DNA of 60,114 nucleotides, counting the filler, from Piptocephalis cylindrospora (Eukaryota), in NCBI GenBank assembly GCA_003614145.1. It is 8 parts of 8 records of this genome, joined end to end, with 100 filler letters (N's around TTAATTAATTAA, not from the genome) between each part and the next. Parts side by side here need not be neighbours in the genome. Positions count along the whole stretch, not along the records: positions 30,219 to 37,651 come from KZ988206.1; positions 37,752 to 45,152 come from KZ988207.1; positions 45,253 to 52,636 come from KZ988208.1; 5 more parts are not named here. One strand, 5' to 3'. The notes beneath the pieces were generated by a model. The model was not told the DNA's origin. It searched no databases and was given only the letters and a program-made list of their open reading frames with translations. Position numbers and translations under genes: made by a program. This document shows, one piece after another, positions 36,158 through 47,012 of this stretch; position 1 is the first letter of the stretch, and every line of letters starts with the position of its first letter.

Positions 36158-37651
36158 TCAAGAGGAGCGAGGAATCCGACGAGCCTTGCCAAAGGAGGAA
36201 GCCCTGGCAGTGGAGGAGGCCACAGCGGAAGAGGATGCTCTGGTAGAGGCCTTGGCAGCGGATGAGGCTGTAGGCCGAAGAAGGGAGGAAGGAGTCCGTC
36301 GAGCGGGACGGGGCACGGATTTGGCCACCGTGGGCGGGGTGGAAACCACAGTAGAGGCAGAGGAGGTTGTCGTCGGGGTGGAGGAGGCTGTCGTCGGGGC
36401 AGAAGAGGTCGCAGTGGAAACCGAAACGGCTCGTCTCTTTGCCGGCCTGCTCAACAAGCCTCCTATCTCTTCGATGGGATCACAATCCCCAGCCTTCCTT
36501 GGGACCCGGCGAGCAGGGACAAGCCCCTTACGGTCCTTGTTGCGGGAGATTCGATCCCAAAACGAGGACTTACTCTTCACAGCCGTCGTGCCGGAACTCT
36601 CGGCGGAAGCGGCTGTCTCTCGCTTCCGCTTCTGAGTACCCACGGCCCCCGGTCGCAGAGGAGGCACGGGCTGAGACGCCTTTCCGACCCCTACAGTTTT
36701 GGCGTCGACAGGCTTCTCCTTGGCTTTGTCACCTGATCCAAATATTACCGAGTGAGCAATGGGGGAGGTGGAGGTGGGTCGGGAAGCCCGGAAGGTCACA
36801 TCCTTCTGGCGGCCGTGAGGAGAGGCAGAAGCGGGTCGAGTAACCTGGGAAACCATATCTCGTGAGGAGGCGTGAGGAGAGGTCGAAGCAGGCCGAGTGG
36901 TTACATCCTGTAGAGGAGAAATATGACCAGAGCGTAGCGCTCGCATGGCTCTCATAGTCTCCCGAAATTTAGCCTTCTTGGTCACAGATTCCTCCTTGAG
37001 CTTAGTCTCAGACTCGGCATTTTCCTCTTGGTGGTGTTCTTGGTCACCCTTCTCTTCCCTCCGATGCTTACCAAGCACGGAAGACACGGAGGATTTGATC
37101 TGGGAGACCAAGACGGAGGGTCTGGTGGTCTTATCCTTGTCCTTGAAGGCCGTAGTGGCGACAGAGTTGGCCTTCTTAGACGAGGAATCAACCGTAGATT
37201 TGCCCGGGCTCCGGGAAGCCAGACGAGCGGCAGAAGCTCGGACCAGGAAAGCAGTCTCACGTATCCCCTGGGGGCCCTTGCCGAGCTTGCGTTCGATCCA
37301 GCTCTTTCCTGGTTTTCGACCTGGAAGAGGATGGGAGGGGGGGAGAAGCCAATCGGTGGCCTTGAGAGGCAGAGTCAGGGTAGGTGGCTCTCCAATGTCA
37401 GACTCATTGTCTGAGGGATCGTTCGCCTTGATAGGGGACAGGTCCCAACTAGGATTCGCGCTAGAGGCCATAGGGTTACTCTTAGGTAGAGGGACAACCT
37501 CGCCTTGGGCCCGCCGCTCATCCTCCTCCTTTGTCTGCTGATGTTGGATGTGCGGCTCCCATTTGCGCTCCTCTCGTTTCTGCTTCCTACGTTCCATTTG
37601 CCTAAACAAACTAATGCCTCCACTATCAGCCTTTTCTCCTTGGCCATCCTT
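36158..37651 (-). CDS. Hypothetical basic Ser/Lys/Arg-rich disordered protein, 5' truncated
   Basis: ORF of at least 483 codons, open into the gap. Three RP(A/T)S(T/A)SP repeats and an NLS-like KRKR. Confidence 0.6.
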   Translation of the reverse strand, partial: KDGQGEKADSGGISLFRQMERRKQKREERKWEPHIQHQQTKEEDERRAQGEVVPLPKSNPMASSANPSWDLSPIKANDPSDNESDIGEPPTLTLPLKATDWLLPPSHPLPGRKPGKSWIERKLGKGPQGIRETAFLVRASAARLASRSPGKSTVDSSSKKANSVATTAFKDKDKTTRPSVLVSQIKSSVSSVLGKHRREEKGDQEHHQEENAESETKLKEESVTKKAKFRETMRAMRALRSGHISPLQDVTTRPASTSPHASSRDMVSQVTRPASASPHGRQKDVTFRASRPTSTSPIAHSVIFGSGDKAKEKPVDAKTVGVGKASQPVPPLRPGAVGTQKRKRETAASAESSGTTAVKSKSSFWDRISRNKDRKGLVPARRVPRKAGDCDPIEEIGGLLSRPAKRRAVSVSTATSSAPTTASSTPTTTSSASTVVSTPPTVAKSVPRPARRTPSSLLRPTASSAAKASTRASSSAVASSTARASSFGKARRIPRSS

Positions 37652-37751
37652 NNNNNNNNNNNNNNNNNNNNNNNNNNNNNNNNNNNNNNNNNNNNTTAAT
37701 TAATTAANNNNNNNNNNNNNNNNNNNNNNNNNNNNNNNNNNNNNNNNNNNN
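37652..37751. other. Artificial contig spacer
   Basis: N44-TTAATTAATTAA-N44. Confidence 0.98.
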
Positions 37752-38994
37752 GGAACAGGAGATGATTCTGGAAGGACGAAGGCGTTCCGCTCACTTTTAC
37801 CCACCGTACCCCTCCAACCCCTCTTCTGGGCCTACTGGGTTGTTCAGGCAAGGAACATTCTCTTCCGATCGAACCCGGGATCCGGTAAGCCCAAGGAGTA
37901 GTTGGGGTCGACAGAGGTCGGATGATTGGATTGGTAGAGGGCCAGGCCAGGGTCGGTCCAATCGGTATGACACGACGGATGAGGAAAAGGGTAGAAGGAG
38001 TGGTAGAGGACATCATCGATCCTATACATCCTCATTTCTACCCTCAACATCTCCTCGGGGGCGTGAAGGAATCCAAGGATCGGAGGGAGCCTATCCTAGC
38101 CTGGAAAGATCCATTAGTCCAGGGTTGGTACGAGAGTTGACTCACCGATGGGAACGTCGATCCTCCTCCCAATCTGGCTTACAGGGCGAGGGAGAGGATG
38201 GAGGGGGGGATGAGGAGGTGATGGCGAGGATAAGGAGGGATAGGCCACGACTATACCATGTCCATAGTTCCAATACTATGCTTCTAGCTGAAGAGGAAGA
38301 GGAGGGGGATCACACTGGAGTGAATGAGCCCCAGGTTTGGGGTATAGATCCTCCTCGCCATAATGCCATGTCAATGATGCCTATGGCCGAACCCGTAGCT
38401 GAACCCATGGCGGCTTCCATCACCGAGCCTATAAGGTATAGGATGAGGAAGGAAGAGGAGGAGGAAGAAGAAGAAGAAGAGATCAGAGTGGAAGAATCTC
38501 CTGCCGCGAGTGAGGAGAGATTATACCATCGTCCTTCCATGACCTCCACCCTCACAGATCCAAGGGAGGAGGGGGGAGAGGAGACGATGATCTACCTGGG
38601 ACCACGAGACGACCTTCCCTTGGATCGACTATCCTACCGTCAGAGCCTAGGGGATATAGGATCGGAACAGGTTATCCTATCTGATGCGTGTAGGGAGGGA
38701 AGAGGTGATGCCTCTCCTGTCGTAGAACAAAGGGAGTCTAGTGTGTCCACCCGTACCACCCAACGGACCGGTAGTAGCTTTGCATACGAGGCCATGGAAC
38801 TTAGGGATTCCGGGGCTGGGGAAGAGGAGGATGATGAAGGGGGGGAGGAAGAGGAGTCTAATGATTCAAGGGTTCATGAGCCCTTGGAAGATTTTGAAGA
38901 GGCTATGGGAACGGGAAAAAGGGGACATGGAGGGGGGCAGGTTCGTAGCCGGGCTCCACTCTTTCCCAATCTACGGGATCCTCCTCCGTCTTAA
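37752..38994 (+). CDS. Hypothetical acidic low-complexity protein, probably 5' truncated
   Basis: 410-codon ORF starting at the contig edge, with poly-Glu tracts and no family recognised. Confidence 0.55.
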
Positions 38995-39212
38995 CCGGCA
39001 TCGTCCGTCTTGATGTATCTTCTCTTATTCTGTTCATGGTGAGTTTTCCGTGTGAAATGAATAGTATCAGACCGCTTGGAGAAAGTGTCCGTTTATGAAG
39101 CGGCCCTAGTCCCGTTGAATAAGCGCTCCGTTCAAATAACGTATGTATTTAGGCAAAGAGTCTCTCCCACTATATTCTAATGAGATGAATGGACCCAAGA
39201 GAATACATGATT

Positions 39213-39830
39213 TTACTGCTTACCACGCTGGAACTGGGCAAGGATCTTGCCAAAGAGCTCACCTTGGGTGTTAGCAATGGACAGCTCCTTCTCGGAAGGC
39301 TGACGGGATCCATCGCCGTTAGCAATGGTGCCAGCGCCGTAGGGGCTACCGCCGATGACCTCGGTGTTGTCGGTGAGGGCAGGGTGAGGGAATCCGAGGG
39401 GGACGTAGTTGATGCCAAAGTGGGACAGGGTGGTGAGGAAGGTGAGGGCCGTGGTCTCCTGGCCACCGTGCTGGGAGGCGGTGGAGAAGAAGGTACCGGC
39501 AAATTTGCCCTGGAAAGCGCCCTTGGCCCAGAGGCCACCGGCAGCATCCCAGAATGAACGCCACTGGGAGGGCTGGTTGCCATAACGGGTGGGGATGCCA
39601 AAGAGGAATCCATCGTACTCAACCAGGTCATTGGCGGTGACAATAGGGAGGTCGGGCTTGGCAGGGGCATGGATGGCGGTCAGGACTTCCTGGGGCAGAG
39701 TCTCGGTAATCTGGACGATGGTGGATTCGACTCCGGGGACCTTGTCCAGACCCACCTTGATGGCCTGGGCGATCTTGTAGACGTGGTGGTAGGTGGTGTA
39801 GAGGACAATGGCGATCTTTGCGTTGGACAT
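39213..39830 (-). CDS. Flavodoxin-like NAD(P)H:quinone oxidoreductase (WrbA / Pst2-Ycp4-Rfs1 family)
   Basis: MSNAKIAIVLYTTYHHV, ETLPQEVL, YDGFLFGIPTRYG, FFSTASQHGGQETT, GGSPYGAGT. Intronless, with strong codon bias. Confidence 0.95.
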   Translation of the reverse strand: MSNAKIAIVLYTTYHHVYKIAQAIKVGLDKVPGVESTIVQITETLPQEVLTAIHAPAKPDLPIVTANDLVEYDGFLFGIPTRYGNQPSQWRSFWDAAGGLWAKGAFQGKFAGTFFSTASQHGGQETTALTFLTTLSHFGINYVPLGFPHPALTDNTEVIGGSPYGAGTIANGDGSRQPSEKELSIANTQGELFGKILAQFQRGKQ

Positions 39831-39971
39831 TTTAGGTAGGGAGTGGCTGGGGAAGGGAGGCAGGAAAGAAGGAAGAGAATAGAGGAAGGATGGAAGGGCC
39901 AAGCTGATTGAGTTGGATGGGGATGATAGGGAGTGGTAGAGTGGATGGAAGACAGGTTCAAGTGAATGGGG

Positions 39972-40889
39972 TTTTTATAGATGAGAGGATGGGGAAGGAA
40001 TTTTGTAATTCATGGTCTCCAAGAAGCCTCCTCTCATCCTCCTTTCATCCGGACATGATTGTCCACGGACTGCTTTAGACCGTGGCGCTGTATAGAAGGC
40101 AGCTGGTGCTGAGGAGAGAAGGAAAGGGGTAAAAAGGTACGCAACCTTATGGCTCAGTGGTGTGCTTGTGTTGGTCAGCCTAGAATATTGATGAATAAGG
40201 GCCGGCGTCAGTGAGTCATTCAGGGAGAAATGACATTGCTTCCCTTAGCAGACGGACCAAGGAGGGGGGAGAGGGTTTCTCCTCTCGCTTCTGGATCGCC
40301 CATGTGCTTGTGTGCTTGTGTGCTTGTGTGCTTGTGTGTGTGTGTGTGTGTGTGTTGTATCCATTCATTTCTCTGGGTACGTGTGCTCTCTGCCTATAGC
40401 AGAGAGTAGGAAATTCGTGACATTTGTTCACATCTGGTCGCGGGAAATTTCTTGTTGCACACACACACACAGACAGAGAAAGAAGCGGTTGGTTACTAAT
40501 CACCAAAAAAAAAGGCTTCAGGGCCAGCATTTCAGGGCGGCGGCTATCTGTGGGAAATGGAGGTATTATCATAACCACTTGAATTATGACTCACTGCTAA
40601 GGATCAGCAACTAAAGTATCCAGTCATTGTCCTACTTGGCTTATGAGTCATCTGTGGGAGATATGGCTTACCAAGGATAGTCAGCCGTGGGGCCGCAAGG
40701 TCCATTGGCCATCCAGTTCTCACAGACATGGGGTTTCCTCCTAGCATGAACAGAAATATTAAATGTTACTACAGATAATATAATGCAACAAGACACTTGT
40801 TGATAAAATTTTCCAGAGGAGAGAGCAAGCCATTCTACCAAATTAGGTATCATCAACGCTTAACGACCCAACACGACCCAGCTTACTCA
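39972..40889 (-). promoter_or_regulatory. Promoter of the quinone reductase: TATA box plus clustered AP-1/Yap-type bZIP sites
   Basis: TATAAAAA on the minus strand at 39972-39979. TGAGTCA 40212-40218, TTACTAA 40493-40499, TGACTCA 40587-40593, TGAGTCA 40644-40650, TTACTCA 40883-40889. Confidence 0.55.
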
Positions 40890-41708
40890 AGCTTTGTGTA
40901 TTTTGGCTGGATGTGAGATGGGATAGCGATGAGTGTGTACCCTGGTGCCATTGTCGCATTAAAGGTGCAAGGGAGTGGAGAATAGAATGCAGCTCAAGGA
41001 AGTGGGCCATACTCCGCTAAAATCTAGCTGTTCCTTTTTCCATCCCTGACAAGACTTCCCCCAAAAAACCCCATCTTCTCATCCCTCTCCAGCATAGAAT
41101 TACGTCAATCTCTTTCTCCCCAAAAATGTACTTTTTTACCCCAGTTTTATCTCAGCTTTTCCTCAGGCAAGCTATCATAAGGCAGGAGATCCTCCCTACA
41201 GGGCCTCAGAGGAGAAAAACTCCGATGGGCGCATAAAGTAATATGAGGTGTGCCAGACTCGTCAGATGGCAGGCGGACCCCTAAACCCTCATGCCTTGTC
41301 TCTCGCTCTAGTCTTACTTCGATGGGCTCAACCTTCCCATCCACCATAACTCCGCTTCAGGCTCCGCTCTAAACACTCATTCATCCAACCAAGAACCATT
41401 CATACGAGGTCTTCCTTTTGATTGATCCCTCCCATTCCCATATCCTCCTCCTCCGCCCAACCATCTCTTCCTTCATCCGCCCTCTCTCTCTCTCTTGCTC
41501 TCTTCACTTCCTTGCTTCCTCCTCCTCTCATCCCTCGAACACCTCCTTCCTTTGCCTCCATTCTTGGTTGCTGTGCTTCCTCGTTTCCCACTCCCTCTTT
41601 CTAGACAGACCTCCCCTTCGCTCTCCTCACTCACTCTCTCGCTCTCTCGCTCTTCCTTCCGCTCTCTCTTTCTCTCCCTCTCCGTCCCCACCTCGCAACT
41701 CACACATC

Positions 41709-41996
41709 ATGACTCTTTCAGGCTCCAAGCTCATCGTCATGCTCACACTCGGGGCTCTGCTTCTGTTCCAAGTTGTTCTGGCTGCTCCCATCTCCGCTTT
41801 CCATCTCAATGCCGTTGCCCACTCAGATGATGGCCATGTCAGCTTCAACAATCCCATACTGAACACTGGTGAAGGAAGCAAAGGTAAAGAGAATGGCCCC
41901 TCCAGTACCAAGCCCAGTGATAATGGGGATGCCGATAGCAATAAGTCGCTGTCCTTGAATGAGCTCCCAGGCAAGAATGCTGCTTCTCTGGGCTAG
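41709..41996 (+). CDS. Small secreted orphan protein (95 aa)
   Basis: MTLSGSKLIVMLTLGALLLFQVVLA-API signal peptide and a hydrophilic N/S/G/D/K mature part, preceded by a CT-rich leader. Confidence 0.7.
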   Translation: MTLSGSKLIVMLTLGALLLFQVVLAAPISAFHLNAVAHSDDGHVSFNNPILNTGEGSKGKENGPSSTKPSDNGDADSNKSLSLNELPGKNAASLG

Positions 41997-42784
41997 GATT
42001 AACCTCCTTCCATCCCTCTCGCCTTCTGAATAGAAGGGTAAGCTTGAACCATGTTTTCTGGGCGGTATTGGATAAGGTGGATCGTCTCTCTCTCTCATAC
42101 TTCATGGCTCACTTGATAGCCCTATTTTATTGGGCGTGATGCGACACTAGAATGGCTCAAGATGGCCAGATTCTCGTCTGAAGTCATTGCCCTTTCTTCC
42201 TTCATAAAGGTCACCATGCAGTGTGATACGAAGTTGACCTCTTATCCCATTCACACTGGATTTCTCTCCTTCTCTTTTCTCCCGTTTATCTGCTCTTTCT
42301 TTATTCCCGCATTTCCCTGCGCCACACCCTTTCCGTGTCCCTTTCTATCTCAATAGAATGATCGGTACTTTGGCCTCTCCTTTTTGCTCACTCATCCCTT
42401 TTCCCATAACAATGATCAGGGTATTATTTCTTACAGTACATTCCTTACCATCATGTCGATAAAAAGGGGCATCTCTCCTTATCTCCTCACTCTCCATGTA
42501 GATCCTCGACGGAGAGCTGGATCCTTCTTCTCGGGAACTTCGTTTCAATCTCCGCCCCTTTCGCTGTGTTACACCCATGTCCGCTCTCATTCAGCCTATA
42601 AAGTAGCTTCCCACACCATTCTACATGTCTGTCTTTCTCTTTGTCTCTATAGCTCATCCCCTTCCTCATCTCGACATCACCTTCAAGTCACCTTTCTCCC
42701 TCTGCATCAGGCTCTTAGCCTTCCTTGTCCATCCTAATCCTCCTCTCCACACTCATTCAAAAACAAAGGGGATCCTTGCCTACC

Positions 42785-44370
42785 ATGAAGTTCATCTACG
42801 CAACTGCCCTGCTTCTGCTCGCCCTTCAGACAGGGCCCGCCCAGGCCTTGTACGATCCTGCCTTTTCCACCGTGGAGACCATTACGGCAGATCAGTTCCA
42901 CTCCAAGCTCAAAAAGTCTCCGGTAAGCCATTCGGTGACCTTCTCTGATCCTGCGTCACTTTGTAGCATGGACACTCACTTCATTCTTCCTGTCAGCGCG
43001 TCACGGTCCTGGAATTTTTTGCTCCTTGGTGTGGGCATTGTCAATCCCTTGTCCCTCATTATTCTAGAGCCGCAAAATCCCTGAATGGTCTGGTGGACTT
43101 TATGGCCATTGACTGTGACGTCGTGTCTAACCAGCCTGTCTGTACAAGCGAAGGCGTCAAGGGTATGCTGATCCTTTCCCCCCTTCTCTCTTCCTATATA
43201 AGCGTGAATCTCATCCACCCTTGATCGCCTTTAGGGTTTCCCATGATCAAGCTCTATTACCCAAAGCATGATAAAATCGATCCCACCAAGTTCAAGAAGA
43301 TCAGCGTTGAATTTCAGGGCATTAGAGAGGCCAAAGAACTGGTTCAATGGGCCACCAATCAAATTCCCGACCGCATTATCAAGATTACCTCTCGTCCCGA
43401 ATCCAGTGCTGTAGCCAAGACCCTAAACGACTTTTACGCTCAGAGTGTATGTTTTTTTATTCTTTAATGGGCTTGGCGCCCTGAATCCATTCTAACATTC
43501 ACCCTCCCTCTCCTTCCATAGAATGACACCTTACCCAAAGTCATTCTCTTTACGGATAAGCCAAAGACCACTACTCTTTATAAGGCGATGGCTCTTGAAT
43601 TCCATGGAAGGATGGGCTTTGCCGAGGCCAAGGGTAAGGTCATTGCGGAACAGGCTAACGTCAAATCCTTCCCCACCCTCTGGGTCCTACCCGCCGCCTC
43701 CTCTGGTAAGGAGGGGGTGGAGGATACATCTGCTATTCCATACGATGGTCCTCTCAAGAGAGAGGATCTAAAGGCCTTTATCGAGGAGCACGCCCTACCC
43801 GCCCCAGCCACTCAACCAAAGGCCAAGGCTCCAGCCCCAGCCCCTGAGCCTGAAAGGACTCCGTTGGATCCGGAGATCCAGCAGTTGTCCACTCAATCTG
43901 ACCTTGACTCTCTTTGCCCCGAGAAGCGTCATCTCTGCCTCCTGGCCATCCTGGACCCAGAGGCCGAGGATCACGAGGATAATCTCGTTACCCTTCGAGA
44001 GGTCAAAGCTCAGGATTATGAGCGGAAGGGCAAATACAAGTTTGCTTGGGTTCCCGGGCCCATGGCCAAGTCCATCGTCCAAACCTTGGACATGAGCGTC
44101 GACACATATCCCTCTCTGGCCATTCTTAGCCCCTCCAGGCATCTTTACCGCTCCTTTCTCGGGGCTTTTGAGACCAAGAGTGTTGACCGCTTCCTCCAGG
44201 ATACCGCTAATGGTAAGGCTAGGACCTTTGGGTATTCTGGTGATTTGAAGCTTGATCTCGATGAGAGTAGGAAGGAGGAGGAGGAAGAAGAGGAGGGGAA
44301 GGAAGAGGAGAAGGAGAAGGAAGAAAAGAAAGAGGAGAAGGAAAAGAGTGGAAAGCACGATGAGCTATAG
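42785..44370 (+). CDS. ER protein disulfide isomerase (MPD1/PDIA6-like)
   Basis: Signal peptide, [10 protein letters not shown] thioredoxin site, GVKG|FPMIK, inactive Trx-like domains, acidic tail and C-terminal HDEL. Three introns. Confidence 0.92.
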
Positions 44371-44520
44371 GATGCCCCCTAGCAATCCCGATTCATCCCT
44401 TGCTTTTATCTTCAAGCCTATTCAAAGTCACTCTCAATGCAAAACGTCTCGTCTTTTTTTATTGATCAGGCATACTCCCAAAAAGAAGATAAAAGAAGAT
44501 GGGTCCAGTATCACCATCCT

Positions 44521-45086
44521 CTATTTCTCTGGAATGCTTTCATCATCCAAATTTCCAATGTACTTGATGTTGGCTATGATTATCATGAATCACATGAACA
44601 AGTTAACAAGCTGCTTAGCTATGAAAAAAGAATCACCTCCCCAACTTACTAGGAACAATGAACATGCTCTGAGTCTCCCTTTCCTTTTCATACCGGATCC
44701 GACCCTCGACCATGATGATGGATCCAGGAGTCAAGTCATTTTGGAGCTGCTTGTTATACTTGGGATCTGTGCATCGAACGCGATGACAATCCTCCATCAT
44801 CACTTCATTACCTATCATCCGTAGTAGGGAAAAGGTAAGTGATACCGTTTAAGAGTCTAGCCATTCCTCATCATCTCACCTTGATCATTCAGCTCAGTTC
44901 GTCGCGTCCGAAGGTAAAACTCCAACCCAGGCATGTCACTGAGAGCTCCACGCGAGTATATTACGGGTTCTGGAGCCTGCTGTACGTCTCCTAGGAGGAT
45001 CACCTTGTTAAAGCCTCTGATTCCTGGGGCCAGTCCAGTGGAAGAAGAAGAAGAGGAAGGGGGGGCGGAAGAGGTAGTGTAAGACT
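44521..45086 (-). CDS. Mitochondrial single-stranded DNA-binding protein-like (SSB OB fold); first exon lost in gap
   Basis: GFNKVILLGDV, HRVRC and GSIIMVEGRIRY SSB motifs across two introns. Final exon ends ...DDESIPEK TAG at 44523-44521. Confidence 0.75.
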
Positions 45087-45152
45087 GGAAAAGAAGCAAG
45101 AGGAGGTTAGGATGTAGCCGATTCCAGTCAAAACAAAATAAAGCCAGGTCAC

Positions 45153-45252
45153 NNNNNNNNNNNNNNNNNNNNNNNNNNNNNNNNNNNNNNNNNNNNTTAA
45201 TTAATTAANNNNNNNNNNNNNNNNNNNNNNNNNNNNNNNNNNNNNNNNNNNN
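45153..45252. other. Artificial contig spacer
   Basis: N44-TTAATTAATTAA-N44. Confidence 0.98.
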
Positions 45253-45520
45253 AAAAAAGTGCATACCGCAAACCATCCTTACCATGCATGTACACACATT
45301 AGCAAAGTCCTATCCACAGTGGCCACACCCTCTCAAGATCAATGTGTTGTGTGGGGAGTGGAGGGCCACACTGCAAGGTGGCAGGTCAAGCTGTGCCCGA
45401 GGCAACAAATCCCCCGTGCCTCCAAGTCTCCCCATCTCTCCCTCTCATAGGAATCCTTCTCTGATTCACCCCCGACATAGCCAGCCAGGAGTGACCCTTT
45501 GACATCCATTCATCTTCATC

Positions 45521-46369
45521 ATGGGTAAGTACTGAATTGATGGCCGGGGAAGGCGTTAGGGGATCATCTCGGGTCTGGGAAGAAGGATGGATGGATCTGT
45601 TTATGGACCTGACCGGATGGATGGATGGATGGATGGGCTTGAAGGGGGATGAGTCCCAGGCTGGGATGGAATGGGCCCTAGGCGAATGAGGGGCATGGGG
45701 GATCAGGCGCTTCTCCATCCCCTACCCTGAAGTGTGAGGTACTGAAGGATCACCACTGGACTCGAGCAGACGTGCTCCTGCAGATGTCTTTGTGTCCGTA
45801 GATGGGGGCGCACTGGTCATCTCGATTCTTGGTGGTGGAGTGGTAGGAACAGGGCCTGATCCAGTCATGAAGACGGAAATCATCACCATCCTCAGTCATC
45901 GTAACCTTTACTCACACGTTTCTCTCCTTCATCAGGTAAAGGAAAGCCAAGAGGTCTCAACGCCGCCCGTAAGCTTCGCACCCTCCGTCGCGAGGAGCGC
46001 TGGGCCGATAAGCAGTACAAGAAGCGTGCCCTCGGTACCGCCTACAAGTCCTCCCCCTTCCAGGGTGCCTCTCACGCCAAGGGCATCGTTCTTGAGAAGA
46101 TCGGTGTTGAGGCCAAGCAGCCTAACTCTGCTATCCGGAAGTGTGTCCGTGTCCAGCTCATCAAGAACGGCAAGAAGGTCACCGCCTTCGTCCCCAACGA
46201 TGGTTGTCTCAACTACGTCGATGAGAACGACGAGGTCCTGATCGCCGGTTTCGGTAAGCGTGGTCGCTCCATTGGTGATATTCCCGGTGTCCGTTTCAAG
46301 GTCGTCAAGGTCTCCGGTGTCTCCCTCCTTGCCCTTTACAAGGAGAAGAAGGAGAAGCCCCGTTCCTAA
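45521..46369 (+). CDS. RPS23: 40S ribosomal protein S23 (uS12)
   Basis: ATG G|GTAAGT, intron 45525-45935, then [15 protein letters not shown]...[26 protein letters not shown]...KEKPRS. Missed by the ORF track. Confidence 0.97.
45585..45636 (+). repeat. (GGAT)n tracts in the RPS23 intron
   Basis: GGATGGATGGAT and GGATGGATGGATGGATGGATGG runs. Confidence 0.85.
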
Positions 46370-47012
46370 GCCGTACGCGCCATCGCCCATCCACAATCAT
46401 CCTTCATTTTTGCGTCAACACCCGCATTTCCTTTCGTGGATTCCCAGTGGATCGAGATCATGGAGCTGTTGGGTTCCCGAGAAGGATGTGAACTTTGCTT
46501 CTCGTCCTTGTGGGGTAGCAACACCACCTGCTTCTACCCACTGGAGTTGGAGAGGAAATACATGTGTTTGTCCTGTCCAAGTGATTTTTTTGGCTTTAGA
46601 TCAGAAAATGTTGATGTACTACGAGGACAATGGTTTTTTTTTTATTGAGGAAGGGAACTATGGATGTATTCATCATTGTGGATGGATCAAGAGTTCATTT
46701 ACTATCTTCATAGGGATTATATTTGTTACTAATCTTGTTTAACAGTAATCATCATCTAGCCATTTCATGCATGCTTTTGGTTGTATTGGTGGTGATAATT
46801 ATGGACATATGGCGATGGCGATTATCCATCAGCTCAAAGTATGAGGGCCGACACAAGCATTCAATGATGACATGTAGGGATGATGGATGCACAGGCACGA
46901 GGGACCCGTGGTTTGGGTTCTAACCAGCATAGCTCTTCTTCGTTACCCATCCCATTTCTCCTCTTCCCCCCCTCTCCCCTTCTTTAGCTAACCATCCCCT
47001 CCACAAGTAGAG

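Noticed and set aside
45792..46396. 149-aa (+) and 154-aa (-) ORFs over RPS23
   Set aside because: Out-of-frame and antisense shadows of a codon-biased gene. An alternative acceptor near 45800 lacks a convincing branch point.
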